A stretch of 32,000 bases of DNA from Erysipelotrichaceae bacterium OH741_COT-311 (GTDB lineage: Bacteria; Bacillota_I; Bacilli_A; Erysipelotrichales; Erysipelotrichaceae), in contig RQZE01000007.1 of assembly GCA_003858585.1 (NCBI GenBank), positions 120,001-152,000 on the forward strand. Reading direction: 5' to 3'. Positions 1 to 12,930 of the stretch are shown here, one piece after another. Position numbers and translations under genes: made by a program. How positions within the stretch are numbered: position 1 is the first letter of the stretch; every line of letters begins with the position of its first letter. Below the pieces are notes generated by a model, which did not search any database, had not been told where the DNA came from, and worked only from the letters and a program-made list of their open reading frames with translations.

Positions 1-1180
1 CCATTAGTTCAAACACTTCTTTCGCTTGTTTTCCGGATATCGTCTTATCTTCAATCATATTAACCAACTTAGCTAATGAAACACTTGGTATGCAAGTTGT
101 CTGAATGGTTAAATTATTCTTTGACAATATGGCTTGTAAATCACCAATTACCCAGTTTGCCGCAAGCTTAGGATTCTTACAAGTCTTCATAACTTCTTGA
201 TAATATTCACCCAATTCTTTATTATCAATCAATAGCATCGCATCATATTCACTTAAGCCATAATCCTTCATAAAACGTTCTTTACGAGCATTCGGTAATT
301 CACCTAAATGATTTGTAATTTCTTCAATCCATTTAGGATCTAACTGTATTGGTAAAATATTTGGTTCAGGAAAGAACTTATAATCCACAGAACCCTCTTT
401 TTTACGCATTAATACAGTTGTTTTAGTTGTCTCATCATAACGTCTTGTAGCCTGTTCAATTACTCCACCTGCATCTAAAATATCCTTTTGACGCTTAATT
501 TCATAATCAATCGCTTTTTCAACATTACTAATAGAATTCAAGTTCTTAATTTCATTTTTAACTCCAAAAACACTAGATCCTTTTGGCTTTAATGAAACGT
601 TTACATCACAACGAAGCGATCCTTCTTCCATCTTTACATCACTAACACCAAGATAATATAATGTTTGTCTTAATGCCTCTACATAAGCAGCAGCTTCTTT
701 CCCACTTGTCATATCCGGCTCTGATACAATTTCTATTAATGGAGTTCCTGCACGATTATAATCAATTAAAGTAACTTCATCTAAATGATATTGTTTTGCT
801 GTATCTTCTTCCATATGAATACGATTAATTCCGATGCGCTTACTTTGTCCATCTACATGAATAGTTATATATCCATGTCTTCCTAATGGATGAAACTGTT
901 GTGTAATTTGAAAACCCTTTGGCAGATCTGAATAATAATAATTTTTACGATCAAACTTCACTAAAGAATCAATTTCTAAATGCAATGCAATACAAGCTTG
1001 AAGCGCCTTTTTAACAGCCTCTTTATTCACTGTCGGAAGTGTTCCTGGATGTCCTAAATCAATTTCATTGACACAAGTATTTGCTTGTTTTCCAAAAGAA
1101 GTTAAACCAGCTGAAAACATCTTAGATTTTGTTTTTAATTCACAGTGAATCTCAATCCCAATCACTACATCGTATTCCAT
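1..1180 (-). CDS. gatB: Asp/Glu-tRNA(Asn/Gln) amidotransferase subunit B, N-terminal part (3' end lies beyond the window)
   Basis: My translation from ATG 1180..1178 gives [56 protein letters not shown]..., a typical GatB N-terminus. The start overlaps the gatA stop (TAATG). It sits in gatC-gatA-gatB order. Confidence 0.93.
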   Translation of the reverse strand, partial: MEYDVVIGIEIHCELKTKSKMFSAGLTSFGKQANTCVNEIDLGHPGTLPTVNKEAVKKALQACIALHLEIDSLVKFDRKNYYYSDLPKGFQITQQFHPLGRHGYITIHVDGQSKRIGINRIHMEEDTAKQYHLDEVTLIDYNRAGTPLIEIVSEPDMTSGKEAAAYVEALRQTLYYLGVSDVKMEEGSLRCDVNVSLKPKGSSVFGVKNEIKNLNSISNVEKAIDYEIKRQKDILDAGGVIEQATRRYDETTKTTVLMRKKEGSVDYKFFPEPNILPIQLDPKWIEEITNHLGELPNARKERFMKDYGLSEYDAMLLIDNKELGEYYQEVMKTCKNPKLAANWVIGDLQAILSKNNLTIQTTCIPSVSLAKLVNMIEDKTISGKQAKEVFELM

Positions 1181-2589
1181 TATTTAACCTCCTTATAAGC
1201 ATCTTTTAAACCAGTAATTTCTTCAATCACACTTCCTATTGAAAACATATCCACTTCTTTAAACGCATTTGCTGTAATATTAACACCTACCGGTAAATGT
1301 TGATGAATATATCCCATTGGTAATGTCATAGAAGGATAACCAGAAAAGTTTGCAAAAACCATGTGATTTTCTGCAACTAAATCTTCTTCTACATGTTTGG
1401 CTAGTACATCTGCAATTTTAGGGGCAGCAGCATTACTCGCTGGAGCAATCAAAACATCCGCATCCTTTAAGTAGCTTGAAATTTCTTCAACAATCATACG
1501 ACGTACACGTTGTGCCTGTTTTAAATATTTCTCTTGATTCTCTTCAAACAATGCATAAGAACCAATTACAAAACGTTTACGTATACTGCTACTTAATCCT
1601 TGACTACGTGTATTACACATAATCTCAAATGTATCACTACCTTCTTGTTTATTACCAAAACGAATTCCATCTAGATTAGAATGATTCGCTGTAGCTTCAC
1701 AATTGGCAATCACATGATACGTAGGTAAAATAGCCTTCATTAATTCTTCATTAAAGGTCACTTCTTTAACAATAGCACCTTTCGTCTTTAATCCATCAAT
1801 AACACGTTGAAATAATGCAAGTGTTTCTTCATTATTCATGTGATTCAAAACATTTTTAAAGACAATCACTTTTTTACCTGTAATGTCGCTATTTATTAAT
1901 TTAGAATACTCAGGTACTTCTCTTTGACTACTGGTAGCATCCATTGGATCATAACCGGCTAACACCTCAAGAGCAAGAGCAGCATCCTTAACATTTCTTG
2001 TAAAATAACCAACATGATCTAAACTTGATGCATAAGGAATAATACCATAACGAGAAATACGCCCATAAGTAGGCTTAACTCCCACGACACCACAAAACGA
2101 AGCCGGCTTACGAATAGAATCACCAGTATCACTACCAATCGCCAAAGGCACTACACCACTTGCCACAACAGCTGCAGAACCACCACTTGATCCCCCTGAA
2201 ATTCTTGTTACATCATAAGGATTATACACAGGCCCTGTTGCTGCTGATAAGTTGGTTCCACCCATTGCAAGTTCATCCATGCTGGTTTTGGCAATTATCA
2301 CAGCTCCAGCATCTTTTAATTTTTTTACAATTGTTGCATCATACACAGGAATGTAATTTTCTAAAATTTTACTTGATGCGGTTGTCTTAATCCCTTTCGT
2401 ATTAACATTATCCTTTAAAGCGACAGGAATTCCTTTTAACTTACCTTCTTTTACTTCTTCCAGTTGTTTACAAGGATCAATAAATGTTACCACTGCATTT
2501 ATGCTAGGCTGTACCTTTAATGCCAATTCATACGCATCTACAACGTGTTTTTGATCATTTCCATCTTTTAACATTTCTATGATATTCAT
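1180..2589 (-). CDS. gatA: Glu-tRNA(Gln) amidotransferase subunit A (amidase-signature enzyme)
   Basis: 469 aa. Amidase signature [12 protein letters not shown]...[12 protein letters not shown] and the catalytic Lys context IPVALKDN are present. Translationally coupled to gatC and gatB. Confidence 0.95.
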   Translation of the reverse strand: MNIIEMLKDGNDQKHVVDAYELALKVQPSINAVVTFIDPCKQLEEVKEGKLKGIPVALKDNVNTKGIKTTASSKILENYIPVYDATIVKKLKDAGAVIIAKTSMDELAMGGTNLSAATGPVYNPYDVTRISGGSSGGSAAVVASGVVPLAIGSDTGDSIRKPASFCGVVGVKPTYGRISRYGIIPYASSLDHVGYFTRNVKDAALALEVLAGYDPMDATSSQREVPEYSKLINSDITGKKVIVFKNVLNHMNNEETLALFQRVIDGLKTKGAIVKEVTFNEELMKAILPTYHVIANCEATANHSNLDGIRFGNKQEGSDTFEIMCNTRSQGLSSSIRKRFVIGSYALFEENQEKYLKQAQRVRRMIVEEISSYLKDADVLIAPASNAAAPKIADVLAKHVEEDLVAENHMVFANFSGYPSMTLPMGYIHQHLPVGVNITANAFKEVDMFSIGSVIEEITGLKDAYKEVK

Positions 2590-2882
2590 TATTTCACCAC
2601 CTTAGGAACTACAAAATGTCCCTGTTGACTATTTGAAACATTACTTAAAGCCTCTTGCTGAGTAATCACATGAATTAATTCATCCTCTCTTAAATACGTA
2701 ACAGGCTCTTCAAAAGGATAAATCATTTCTTTAACACCAGTAGTATCAATCGAAGCTAAATGTGTTAACAAGTGATTAAATTCTTCAAATTCTTGAACCA
2801 TTTCATTTGCCTCTTGATCATTTAATTCAAACATTAATTGCTTCGCTAACTTTTTAAAATACAATGCATCTTTATTATCCAT
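2589..2882 (-). CDS. gatC: Glu-tRNA(Gln) amidotransferase subunit C
   Basis: 97 aa small acidic protein directly upstream of gatA, with a TAATG overlap. RBS GGAGAGTAAGG. Confidence 0.85.
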   Translation of the reverse strand: MDNKDALYFKKLAKQLMFELNDQEANEMVQEFEEFNHLLTHLASIDTTGVKEMIYPFEEPVTYLREDELIHVITQQEALSNVSNSQQGHFVVPKVVK

Positions 2883-2892
2883 CCTTACTCTC

Positions 2893-5964
<3,072 letters not shown>

Positions 5965-6004
5965 TATTTTAAGATTTATCTTATAATAGAACTAAGGAGG
6001 ATTT

Positions 6005-6682
6005 ATGAAAACAATTGTAATTACAGGTAGCAGTGATGGCATTGGAAAAGCCTTAGTACATCAACTATATAAAGAATATAAAATTATTGCCTTAGGTCGT
6101 AATGTAGAAAAGATGAAGAAGTTAAAAGAAGAATGTCCGTTGATTATTGATTACACATTTGATCTAACCAATCAACAAGAATTATATCAATGTATTCAAA
6201 CGATTAAAGAACAACATAAAGTAGATATTTTAATCAACAATGCCGGAGCGAATGTTAAAAAAGAAATGGTTATACACCAAAATATTGATGAATTCAACTA
6301 TATGATGCAGCTAAACTGCATTAGTCCACTCATTTTAATGCAAGAATTTGCCAAAGAAATGATACAAAATAAAAAAGGACATATCATTAATGTCCTTAGC
6401 ACATGCTGTTTATTTGATAATGTAACAATGTCCGGATATACCGCAAGTAAAAAAGCCTTTGAAGCATTCTCAAAAGCCTTAACAAAAGAAATCAAAGAAT
6501 ATAACGTTTTTGTTACAAACATCTATCCAGGAGGTACCAACACTAACTTTAGAGCCATAGAACGATTGGATTATCTTAATCCCACAACAGTCGCAAAGGC
6601 AATTCAAAATGTTCTTGCAATGCCAAATGATGGCTGTATTCAAGATTTAGTTCTAAGACCTCTTGTAGAAAACAACTATTAA
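6005..6682 (+). CDS. Short-chain dehydrogenase/reductase (SDR) family oxidoreductase
   Basis: 225 aa. N-terminal Rossmann motif TGSSDGIGKA, NNAG motif, and catalytic YxxxK (YTASKKA). RBS AAGGAGG. Confidence 0.85.
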   Translation: MKTIVITGSSDGIGKALVHQLYKEYKIIALGRNVEKMKKLKEECPLIIDYTFDLTNQQELYQCIQTIKEQHKVDILINNAGANVKKEMVIHQNIDEFNYMMQLNCISPLILMQEFAKEMIQNKKGHIINVLSTCCLFDNVTMSGYTASKKAFEAFSKALTKEIKEYNVFVTNIYPGGTNTNFRAIERLDYLNPTTVAKAIQNVLAMPNDGCIQDLVLRPLVENNY

Positions 6683-7954
6683 TTATTTTTCTTTTTCAAT
6701 AATGGTTCCATCAATACTTTGATAGGCAACCGTACGTCGAAAGTGTCCAGGTGACACTTTTCTTATGCGTGTAAATGCCCTTTGAAACGTTCTTGTTGTA
6801 TTATAACCAACCTCAATAGCGATATCAGTAATTGCTAAATCCGTTGTAATTAAAAGTTCACAAGCTTTTGAAATGCGTAACCATTCCACATAATCATCAA
6901 AGGTTTTTTCCATTTGAAACATAATAATATAATTTAAATCTGTAACATTAATATTAAAATGCTTCGCTGTAGAAATCGCATTAAACTTATCATTTAAAAA
7001 GTGTGTTCCGATATATTCCAGTACTTTAAAGGCTATACTCTCTTCCTTTTTCCGGATGATCTCATCGGTATTTTGATAAGCCTTACGATATTCTTTAGGA
7101 GTAACATTATGTTTACTTACAAAACTTCGAATAAAATGGGATGCATCGGCATAACCAACCGTTTCTGAAATTTCTTGTAAACTCATATCAGAATACATCA
7201 ATAAATCCAATGATTTCGTGATACGCATTTCATTTAACAATTCATTAAACGTAAACCCTAAATTTAACTGTAAATGATTATAAATAGTCGATTCACTCAT
7301 AAAGAAAATCTTAGATAGTTTTTCTAACGTAATTTTTTCTTGAAGATGCGAGTAAATATACCTAAAAATATCATTGATATCATTTAATTCTTTATTTGCT
7401 GCAATAGAAATATAATTTTGCTTGCTCATCCTTAAAAAGATAACCATCATCCGAATTAAAAGAGAAATAATATATGTATTGGATAAAGCATTGGATTCAA
7501 ATGCTGATTCAATTCCTTCACTACCACATTCATCTTTTAAATCCATAATGCACTCTAAAATTTTATCCGCCTCTTTTTCCATAAATAAAGTAACAGGATG
7601 ATTGCTAATATCTTTAAAGATACTAATTTTACTGCTTGTTGGATTATAAATAGTTCTTAAGTAACCATTGATAAAATTGGAATTATAAATAATTTTATAA
7701 AATTCTAAAGGTTCTTCCACTTCAGTAATCTTCGTTACATCCCAAGGAATAATGGCAATCATACAATTTTCTACAATTTTATATTCAATACCATTCACAG
7801 AAATGGTGCCTTTCCCTTTTTTCAAGTATAAAAAACGTGCTGAACTATGGATTAACGTAATGGTTGGAGCATCGATAAATTCTATTTCAAAACTACAAAT
7901 CTTAGTTGGATTTATGACAGATGAATAACTTGTTTGTATCTTGCTAACTATCAT
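6683..7954 (-). CDS. AraC-family transcriptional regulator with an N-terminal cupin-like domain and two tandem AraC-type HTH domains
   Basis: 423 aa. The cupin-like N-terminus contains YLKKGKGTISVNGIEYKI. The first AraC DNA-binding domain is ...LSKIFFMSESTIYNHLQ...ISETVGYADASHFIRSFVSKHNVTPKEYRK. The second is ...TAKHFNINVTDLNYI...IAIEVGYNTTRTFQRAFTRIRKVSPGHFRR. Confidence 0.85.
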   Translation of the reverse strand: MIVSKIQTSYSSVINPTKICSFEIEFIDAPTITLIHSSARFLYLKKGKGTISVNGIEYKIVENCMIAIIPWDVTKITEVEEPLEFYKIIYNSNFINGYLRTIYNPTSSKISIFKDISNHPVTLFMEKEADKILECIMDLKDECGSEGIESAFESNALSNTYIISLLIRMMVIFLRMSKQNYISIAANKELNDINDIFRYIYSHLQEKITLEKLSKIFFMSESTIYNHLQLNLGFTFNELLNEMRITKSLDLLMYSDMSLQEISETVGYADASHFIRSFVSKHNVTPKEYRKAYQNTDEIIRKKEESIAFKVLEYIGTHFLNDKFNAISTAKHFNINVTDLNYIIMFQMEKTFDDYVEWLRISKACELLITTDLAITDIAIEVGYNTTRTFQRAFTRIRKVSPGHFRRTVAYQSIDGTIIEKEK

Positions 7955-7998
7955 TATTGTTCACCTTTATAAACATTGAAGTTTATTTTCTAATGTAA

Positions 7999-8026
7999 AT
8001 TTTAGCATAAATCCTTTATATTTCAA
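7999..8026 (-). promoter_or_regulatory. Candidate sigma-A promoter of the AraC regulator (TTGAAA-16-TAAAAT, TGC extended)
   Basis: The minus strand reads TTGAAATATAAAGGATTTATGCTAAAAT, about 45 nt upstream of the ATG. Confidence 0.45.
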
Positions 8027-8052
8027 GAAAATACATTTTAATTTCTTATTGA

Positions 8053-8084
8053 AACAAAAAAAGTTAACTCATTCGAGTTAACTT
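8053..8084 (-). terminator. Rho-independent terminator ending the arc operon
   Basis: The minus strand reads AAGTTAACTC-GAAT-GAGTTAACTT followed by TTTTTGTTT, about 20 nt after the antiporter stop. Confidence 0.8.
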
Positions 8085-8106
8085 TTATAATCAATACTTA
8101 ATAAAC

Positions 8107-9567
8107 TTATGCAACCATCATTGCAATTGATAAGATAATGATATTTGCAATAGCGATAACAAATAATAACTTCATTACCCATTTTAAGTATGTTGAGTAT
8201 TCAATCTTAGCTGCTCCGATACCACCCATTACAACACCTGAAGTTGGTGTAAACAAGTTGATTAAACCTGAACCAGCACTGAAAATCATAATCATAACAC
8301 TAGCATTGAAGCCTAATGTGTTTGCTAATCCACCCATAACCGGCATTGATAATCCAGCTAATCCTGAAGTAGATGGCACTAAGAAGCTTAATACTAAGTA
8401 TACAATATATGACATTGGTGCAAAGATAAAGCCCGGAACACCTTGTAATAATTTAGAACTTACATCCAAGATATATAAATCCATGTGTGTAGCGTTCATT
8501 ACAATTGTAATACCTCTAGCTGTTGCAATAATTAACGCTACTGATAATAAATCAGCGGCACCAGCCATGAAGTTATCAATAAATTCTTTTTCACTCATTC
8601 TTGCAACCAACGCAACTAAAATAGAAGCGATGATGAACAATGCTGCAAGATCCATGAAGTACCACCAGCCAAGTGGCGTACCAGTTAAACCGGCAGACCA
8701 ACCAAATGCTGCTAAATATGCGTCTTCATTACCACCAAAGATAATGTCTTGGTAGTAAATTAATGAAACAATCATTAATACGAATGTTAATGCAAAGATT
8801 GTTAATACCAATCTATGTTTTGAAGTAAATTCTAAATCTCTGTTTTCATTTTTTGAGAAATGTTCATGCATTACTTCTTGTTCTTGTAATGACAAGATTG
8901 TAGAACCTTTATCACGTTTTACTTTCTTCGCATAACTTAATACAAATAAGATTGCGATAAATGTACTAGTAACCCATAAAATTGCTCCTAAAATCATAAT
9001 TAATGTTGGATTCGGTTCAACCCCTGAGCTTGATAAGGCAGCCATTGCTGCACCTGTTGCAAATGGGTTAATTGTAGAACCTAACACCCCAGTACCAGCT
9101 CCTAATAGTACCGTACCAACTGCAACGATTGAATCAAATCCTGCCGCAACCATTGCTGTTGTAATTAACGCATAGAAACCGATTGTTTCTTCTGCCATAC
9201 CATAAGTTGTACCACCAGCTGAGAATAGAATCATTAATACAACGATTAATACTTCTTCTTTTCCTTTTAATTTCTTAACTAAATGATATACCCCTGCTTC
9301 TAATGCTCCAGTTTTCATAACAATACCAATGAATCCACCGATTGCTAAGATGAAGATAATCAAATCTGAAGCATCTTTAAATCCATTTGGAATTGCCATA
9401 ATAAAATCTGAAAGTTTTGCACCAGTTACTGCTGCAACTTCACCTCCAATTGCCGGATCAATTGCTTGACCATTTAGTAATAGTGAAATTAAGCAAATAA
9501 CACCCATTACTAAAATCAAGATTGAAAAGGCAGATAGAGACGATTTCTTTTTCTTTTGAGTAGCCAT
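8107..9567 (-). CDS. arcD: YfcC/DcuC-type polytopic membrane transporter, probable arginine/ornithine antiporter of the ADI operon
   Basis: 486 aa, highly hydrophobic with many predicted TM helices and a basic N-terminus. It is the last gene of arcA-arcB-arcC-X. The substrate is assigned from context only. Confidence 0.7.
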   Translation of the reverse strand: MATQKKKKSSLSAFSILILVMGVICLISLLLNGQAIDPAIGGEVAAVTGAKLSDFIMAIPNGFKDASDLIIFILAIGGFIGIVMKTGALEAGVYHLVKKLKGKEEVLIVVLMILFSAGGTTYGMAEETIGFYALITTAMVAAGFDSIVAVGTVLLGAGTGVLGSTINPFATGAAMAALSSSGVEPNPTLIMILGAILWVTSTFIAILFVLSYAKKVKRDKGSTILSLQEQEVMHEHFSKNENRDLEFTSKHRLVLTIFALTFVLMIVSLIYYQDIIFGGNEDAYLAAFGWSAGLTGTPLGWWYFMDLAALFIIASILVALVARMSEKEFIDNFMAGAADLLSVALIIATARGITIVMNATHMDLYILDVSSKLLQGVPGFIFAPMSYIVYLVLSFLVPSTSGLAGLSMPVMGGLANTLGFNASVMIMIFSAGSGLINLFTPTSGVVMGGIGAAKIEYSTYLKWVMKLLFVIAIANIIILSIAMMVA

Positions 9568-9584
9568 ACCCTTCCTCCTTTAGC

Positions 9585-10520
9585 TTACTTCTTTATAATA
9601 GTTCCTGTTTCACCACTTAAAGCTGCTTTTGCTCTTTGCAATGAAGTAATTAACGCAACCCCATTGCTAGTAGCTTCTACAAACTCAAGACAAGCTTCCA
9701 CTTTAGGTAACATAGACCCTGGAGCAAAGTGTCCTTCACCAATATATTGTTTAGCTTGCTCAACGTTCATTTCAGCTAGTGATTCCTGATTAGGTTTATT
9801 GTAGTTGATACATACTCGATCTACTGCAGTTAGAATCACTAACATATCTGCTTTAACATCTAAAGCAAGTTTTGCACTAGAACGATCTTTATCAATAACA
9901 GCTGCAACACCTTTTAAGCCATCTTCGGTTTCTACAACCGGAATACCGCCACCACCAACTGTGATTACGATATCACCCAAACTTACAAGTTGTTCAACTA
10001 CTTTTAATTCAACAATTTTTGTAGGTTTTGGGCTTGGTACTACACGACGATATCCACGTCCTGCATCTTCAACAAAGATAAATCCTTTTTCAGCAGCTGT
10101 TTTTTCAGCTTCTTCTTTTGTTAAAAACGATCCAATTGGTTTTGTAGGTTTTGCAAACGCCGGATCTTGAGGATCTACAACTACTTGTGTCACTACACAA
10201 GCAACTTCTTTTGCAACCTTACGTTTCGCAAGTTCTCTTTGAATAGATTGTGTTAAATGATAACCAATGTATCCTTGAGACATTGCACCACATTCCGGAA
10301 ATGGCATGTATGGAGTTTTACCACCATTCAGTGATGAAAACTCCATTGCATTATTGATCATACCTACTTGTGGACCATTTCCATGACCAATAATTACATC
10401 ATATTCTTCTGCCAAATCTACAATTGTTTTTGCAGTTTCTTTTACTAATTCTAATTGTTCTTCCGGAGAATTACCTAACGCATTTCCTCCTAAGGCGATT
10501 ACTAATCTCTTTCTTTCCAT
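9585..10520 (-). CDS. arcC: Carbamate kinase
   Basis: 311 aa. N-terminal VIALGGNAL and HGNGPQVG motifs. Located in the ADI operon. Confidence 0.93.
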   Translation of the reverse strand: MERKRLVIALGGNALGNSPEEQLELVKETAKTIVDLAEEYDVIIGHGNGPQVGMINNAMEFSSLNGGKTPYMPFPECGAMSQGYIGYHLTQSIQRELAKRKVAKEVACVVTQVVVDPQDPAFAKPTKPIGSFLTKEEAEKTAAEKGFIFVEDAGRGYRRVVPSPKPTKIVELKVVEQLVSLGDIVITVGGGGIPVVETEDGLKGVAAVIDKDRSSAKLALDVKADMLVILTAVDRVCINYNKPNQESLAEMNVEQAKQYIGEGHFAPGSMLPKVEACLEFVEATSNGVALITSLQRAKAALSGETGTIIKK

Positions 10521-10532
10521 AGCGACTCTTTT

Positions 10533-11537
10533 CTACTTTAATGTAGCATACATACAAGCTTTAATTGTATGCATACGATTTTCTGCTTCATCAAACACAC
10601 GACTGTGTTTACCTAAGAATACATCATCACTTACTTCCATGCCATTTAAGTCATACTTATCACCAAATTTAGCATGAATTTCTTTCCCGATTGTTGTATT
10701 TAAATCATGGAATGATGGTAAACAGTGTAAGAAGATAACATCTTTATCTGCTTGATCAATTACGTTTTGAGTCACTTTATAAGGACTTAATAATTTAATT
10801 CTTTCTTCCCAAACTGAATCAGGTTCACCCATTGATACCCAAATATCTGTATAGATTGCATGAGCACCCTTTACTGCTTCAGAAACATTTTCAGTAAATT
10901 CAACTTTTGTTCCATGTAGTTTTGCAAATTCTTTTGCTCTTTCTACTAATTTTGGATCAGCCCATAATTCTTTTGGACCACAACCAACATAATCCAACCC
11001 TAATTTTGCGCAAACAACCATTAATGAGTTAGAAACATTATTACGACAATCACCCATAAACACAAACTTTAAGCCTTTTAAACGACCAAAGTTTTCTTTG
11101 ATTGTTAACATATCAGCAATCATTTGTGTTGGGTGGAAATCATCTGTTAAACCATTCCAAACAGGAACTCCAGAATATTTTGCTAGAGCTTCCACTTGTT
11201 TTTGATCAAACCCACGATATTCAATACCATCATAGAAACGACCTAATACTTTAGCAGTATCTTCAATAGACTCTTTTTTACCCATTTGGCTAGAACCTGG
11301 ATCTAAGTATGTAACACCCATACCTAAGTCCATACCAGCTACTTCAAATGAGCAACGAGTACGAGTTGATGTTTTTTCAAACAACAACACAATGTTTTTA
11401 CCCTCTAAATAACGGTGAGGAGTACGAGCAAGTTTAAGTTTTTTAAACTGTTCACTTAAATCAATTAAATAATTAATTTCTTCAGGCGTATAATCTGCTA
11501 AAGCTAATAAACTGCGTCCTTGTAAATTTACTGGCAT
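10533..11537 (-). CDS. arcB: Ornithine carbamoyltransferase (catabolic by context)
   Basis: 334 aa. Carbamoyl-phosphate motif STRTRCSFE, plus HPTQ and HCLP motifs. Confidence 0.94.
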   Translation of the reverse strand: MPVNLQGRSLLALADYTPEEINYLIDLSEQFKKLKLARTPHRYLEGKNIVLLFEKTSTRTRCSFEVAGMDLGMGVTYLDPGSSQMGKKESIEDTAKVLGRFYDGIEYRGFDQKQVEALAKYSGVPVWNGLTDDFHPTQMIADMLTIKENFGRLKGLKFVFMGDCRNNVSNSLMVVCAKLGLDYVGCGPKELWADPKLVERAKEFAKLHGTKVEFTENVSEAVKGAHAIYTDIWVSMGEPDSVWEERIKLLSPYKVTQNVIDQADKDVIFLHCLPSFHDLNTTIGKEIHAKFGDKYDLNGMEVSDDVFLGKHSRVFDEAENRMHTIKACMYATLK

Positions 11538-11568
11538 AATTTTTATCCTCTTCTTTCTGTTAATTTAC

Positions 11569-12798
11569 TTAGTCTTCACGTACAAGTGGCATACTCATAC
11601 AACGAGGTCCACCACGACCAACACATAAGTTATCTGCATCTAATTCTAATACTTCAAAGCCATTTTCTTTTAAATATTTATTTGTAACATAGTTGCGTTT
11701 GTAAACAACAATCTTACCCGGAGCAATTGTTAATGTATTTGAACCATCGTTCCATTGTTCTCTTTCAGCAGCAATTGGATCTCCAGCTCCACATGCAAAT
11801 AATCTAACTTTATCTAAGCCCATGAATTTAGCTAAGATTTCACTTAACTCACCATCATGTTCTTCAATTTTAACATCATGATTTTCACGATCTGCAGTAA
11901 TTGCAAATACTTGTAATGTACCCATGATTCCCGGATGATATGTAAATGCATCATGGTCAATTTGAGTAAACACTGTATCTAAGTGCATCATCGCTCTATT
12001 ATTAGGAATGTTAAATGCTAAGATAGTTTCAATCTTATTTTCCGGATTTTCATAGAACATTTTCATTGCTAATGCTTGAATCGCATCTGCTTGTGTTCTT
12101 TGAGAAATACCAATGAACAATAATTTTTCATTAACGTTTAATACGTCTCCACCTTCGATATGGAATTTATTGTTTCGGCCATATAAATCAGGTACTTTTC
12201 CTGCATATTCAGGATGGAATCTGAAAATGTAATCTGCATAAATTGTTTCACGATTTCTTGTTACAGAATACATTCTGTTAATTACCGCACCATTACCTAC
12301 ACTTGAAAATGGGTCACGAGTAAAGTATAAGTTAGGCATTGGATTTAATAATAAGTAAGATTCTTTATCAATTTTATCTACTAAGAAATTAGTTTTAATA
12401 TCACCTAATTCAGCAAATGTAACACCTGCCATAGTTTTTAAAACTAAATCTTTATTGTTAGTAAATTTATTAAAATATTCTTTTAGAATTTTATGATATG
12501 TTTCAGTATGAATATCACCTTCAGTAATAAACTGATCTAAAAATTGTTCTTTAATTTCAGGATGAGCATCTAATGTCTCAGCCATTAAATCTTCTAAATA
12601 TACAACTTCTACACCGTTATCTCTTAAAATTTGAGCAAAACGATCATGTTCTTCTTGAGCTTTTACCAAGTCAGGAATATCATCAAATAATAATTCTGAT
12701 AAAGTTGTTGGAGTTAAGTTTAATAATTCTTCTCCAGGTCTATGTAGTAATACTTTTTTAAGTGGTTTAATTTCACTTGTTACATGAATTTTTGTCAT
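11569..12798 (-). CDS. arcA: Arginine deiminase
   Basis: The ORF track starts at 12870. I place the start at ATG 12798 (MTKIHVTSEIKPLKKVLLHRPG...) because AAAAGGAGAAC lies 5 nt upstream. The C-terminal catalytic Cys context GGPRCMSMPL is present. Confidence 0.93.
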   Translation of the reverse strand: MTKIHVTSEIKPLKKVLLHRPGEELLNLTPTTLSELLFDDIPDLVKAQEEHDRFAQILRDNGVEVVYLEDLMAETLDAHPEIKEQFLDQFITEGDIHTETYHKILKEYFNKFTNNKDLVLKTMAGVTFAELGDIKTNFLVDKIDKESYLLLNPMPNLYFTRDPFSSVGNGAVINRMYSVTRNRETIYADYIFRFHPEYAGKVPDLYGRNNKFHIEGGDVLNVNEKLLFIGISQRTQADAIQALAMKMFYENPENKIETILAFNIPNNRAMMHLDTVFTQIDHDAFTYHPGIMGTLQVFAITADRENHDVKIEEHDGELSEILAKFMGLDKVRLFACGAGDPIAAEREQWNDGSNTLTIAPGKIVVYKRNYVTNKYLKENGFEVLELDADNLCVGRGGPRCMSMPLVRED

Positions 12799-12930
12799 TT
12801 CGTTCTCCTTTTCTTTTTTATGACATGATGTAAGTAACGGCCGAATTCTCACACCACATAGTTCATACATCTATTTTAAACTTCAATTCATGTAGTTGTA
12901 GGTCAAAAACATAAAATTTTATTGTAAATT

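Noticed and set aside
6680-6685. Convergent SDR and AraC genes abut with zero intergenic bases and no visible terminator hairpin.
   Set aside because: I could not find a convincing stem-loop in either coding end. Without transcript data there is nothing to claim.
8138-8755. 205-aa plus-strand ORF inside the arcD-like gene. Similar antisense ORFs occur at 2160..2390, 6298..6522, 9556..9789, 9805..10170, 12573..12761, 13533..13736, 16217..16627, 16727..16936, 17729..17992, 18709..18900, 19558..19815, 21618..21854, 24354..24551, 25573..25884, 26856..27059, 28983..29174 and 31688..31912.
   Set aside because: All lie antisense within strongly supported genes. They have low-complexity or compositionally odd translations and no RBS. 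They are typical shadow ORFs of AT-rich coding sequence.
12799-12870. 24-codon N-terminal extension of arcA (MYELCGVRIRPLLTSCHKKEKENE) in the ORF track.
   Set aside because: The extension has no RBS. A strong AAAAGGAGAAC precedes the internal ATG at 12798, whose product starts like known arginine deiminases. The same logic trims argS (14598), mscL (25859), potA (20418, since the GTG at 20424 overlaps the RBS) and the YhfS-like gene (29985).
12911-12922. Perfect 12-nt palindrome ATAAAATTTTAT upstream of arcA, considered as a stand-alone operator.
   Set aside because: A/T-only palindromes of this size arise easily in AT-rich intergenic DNA. It is kept only as context within the shared-motif finding.
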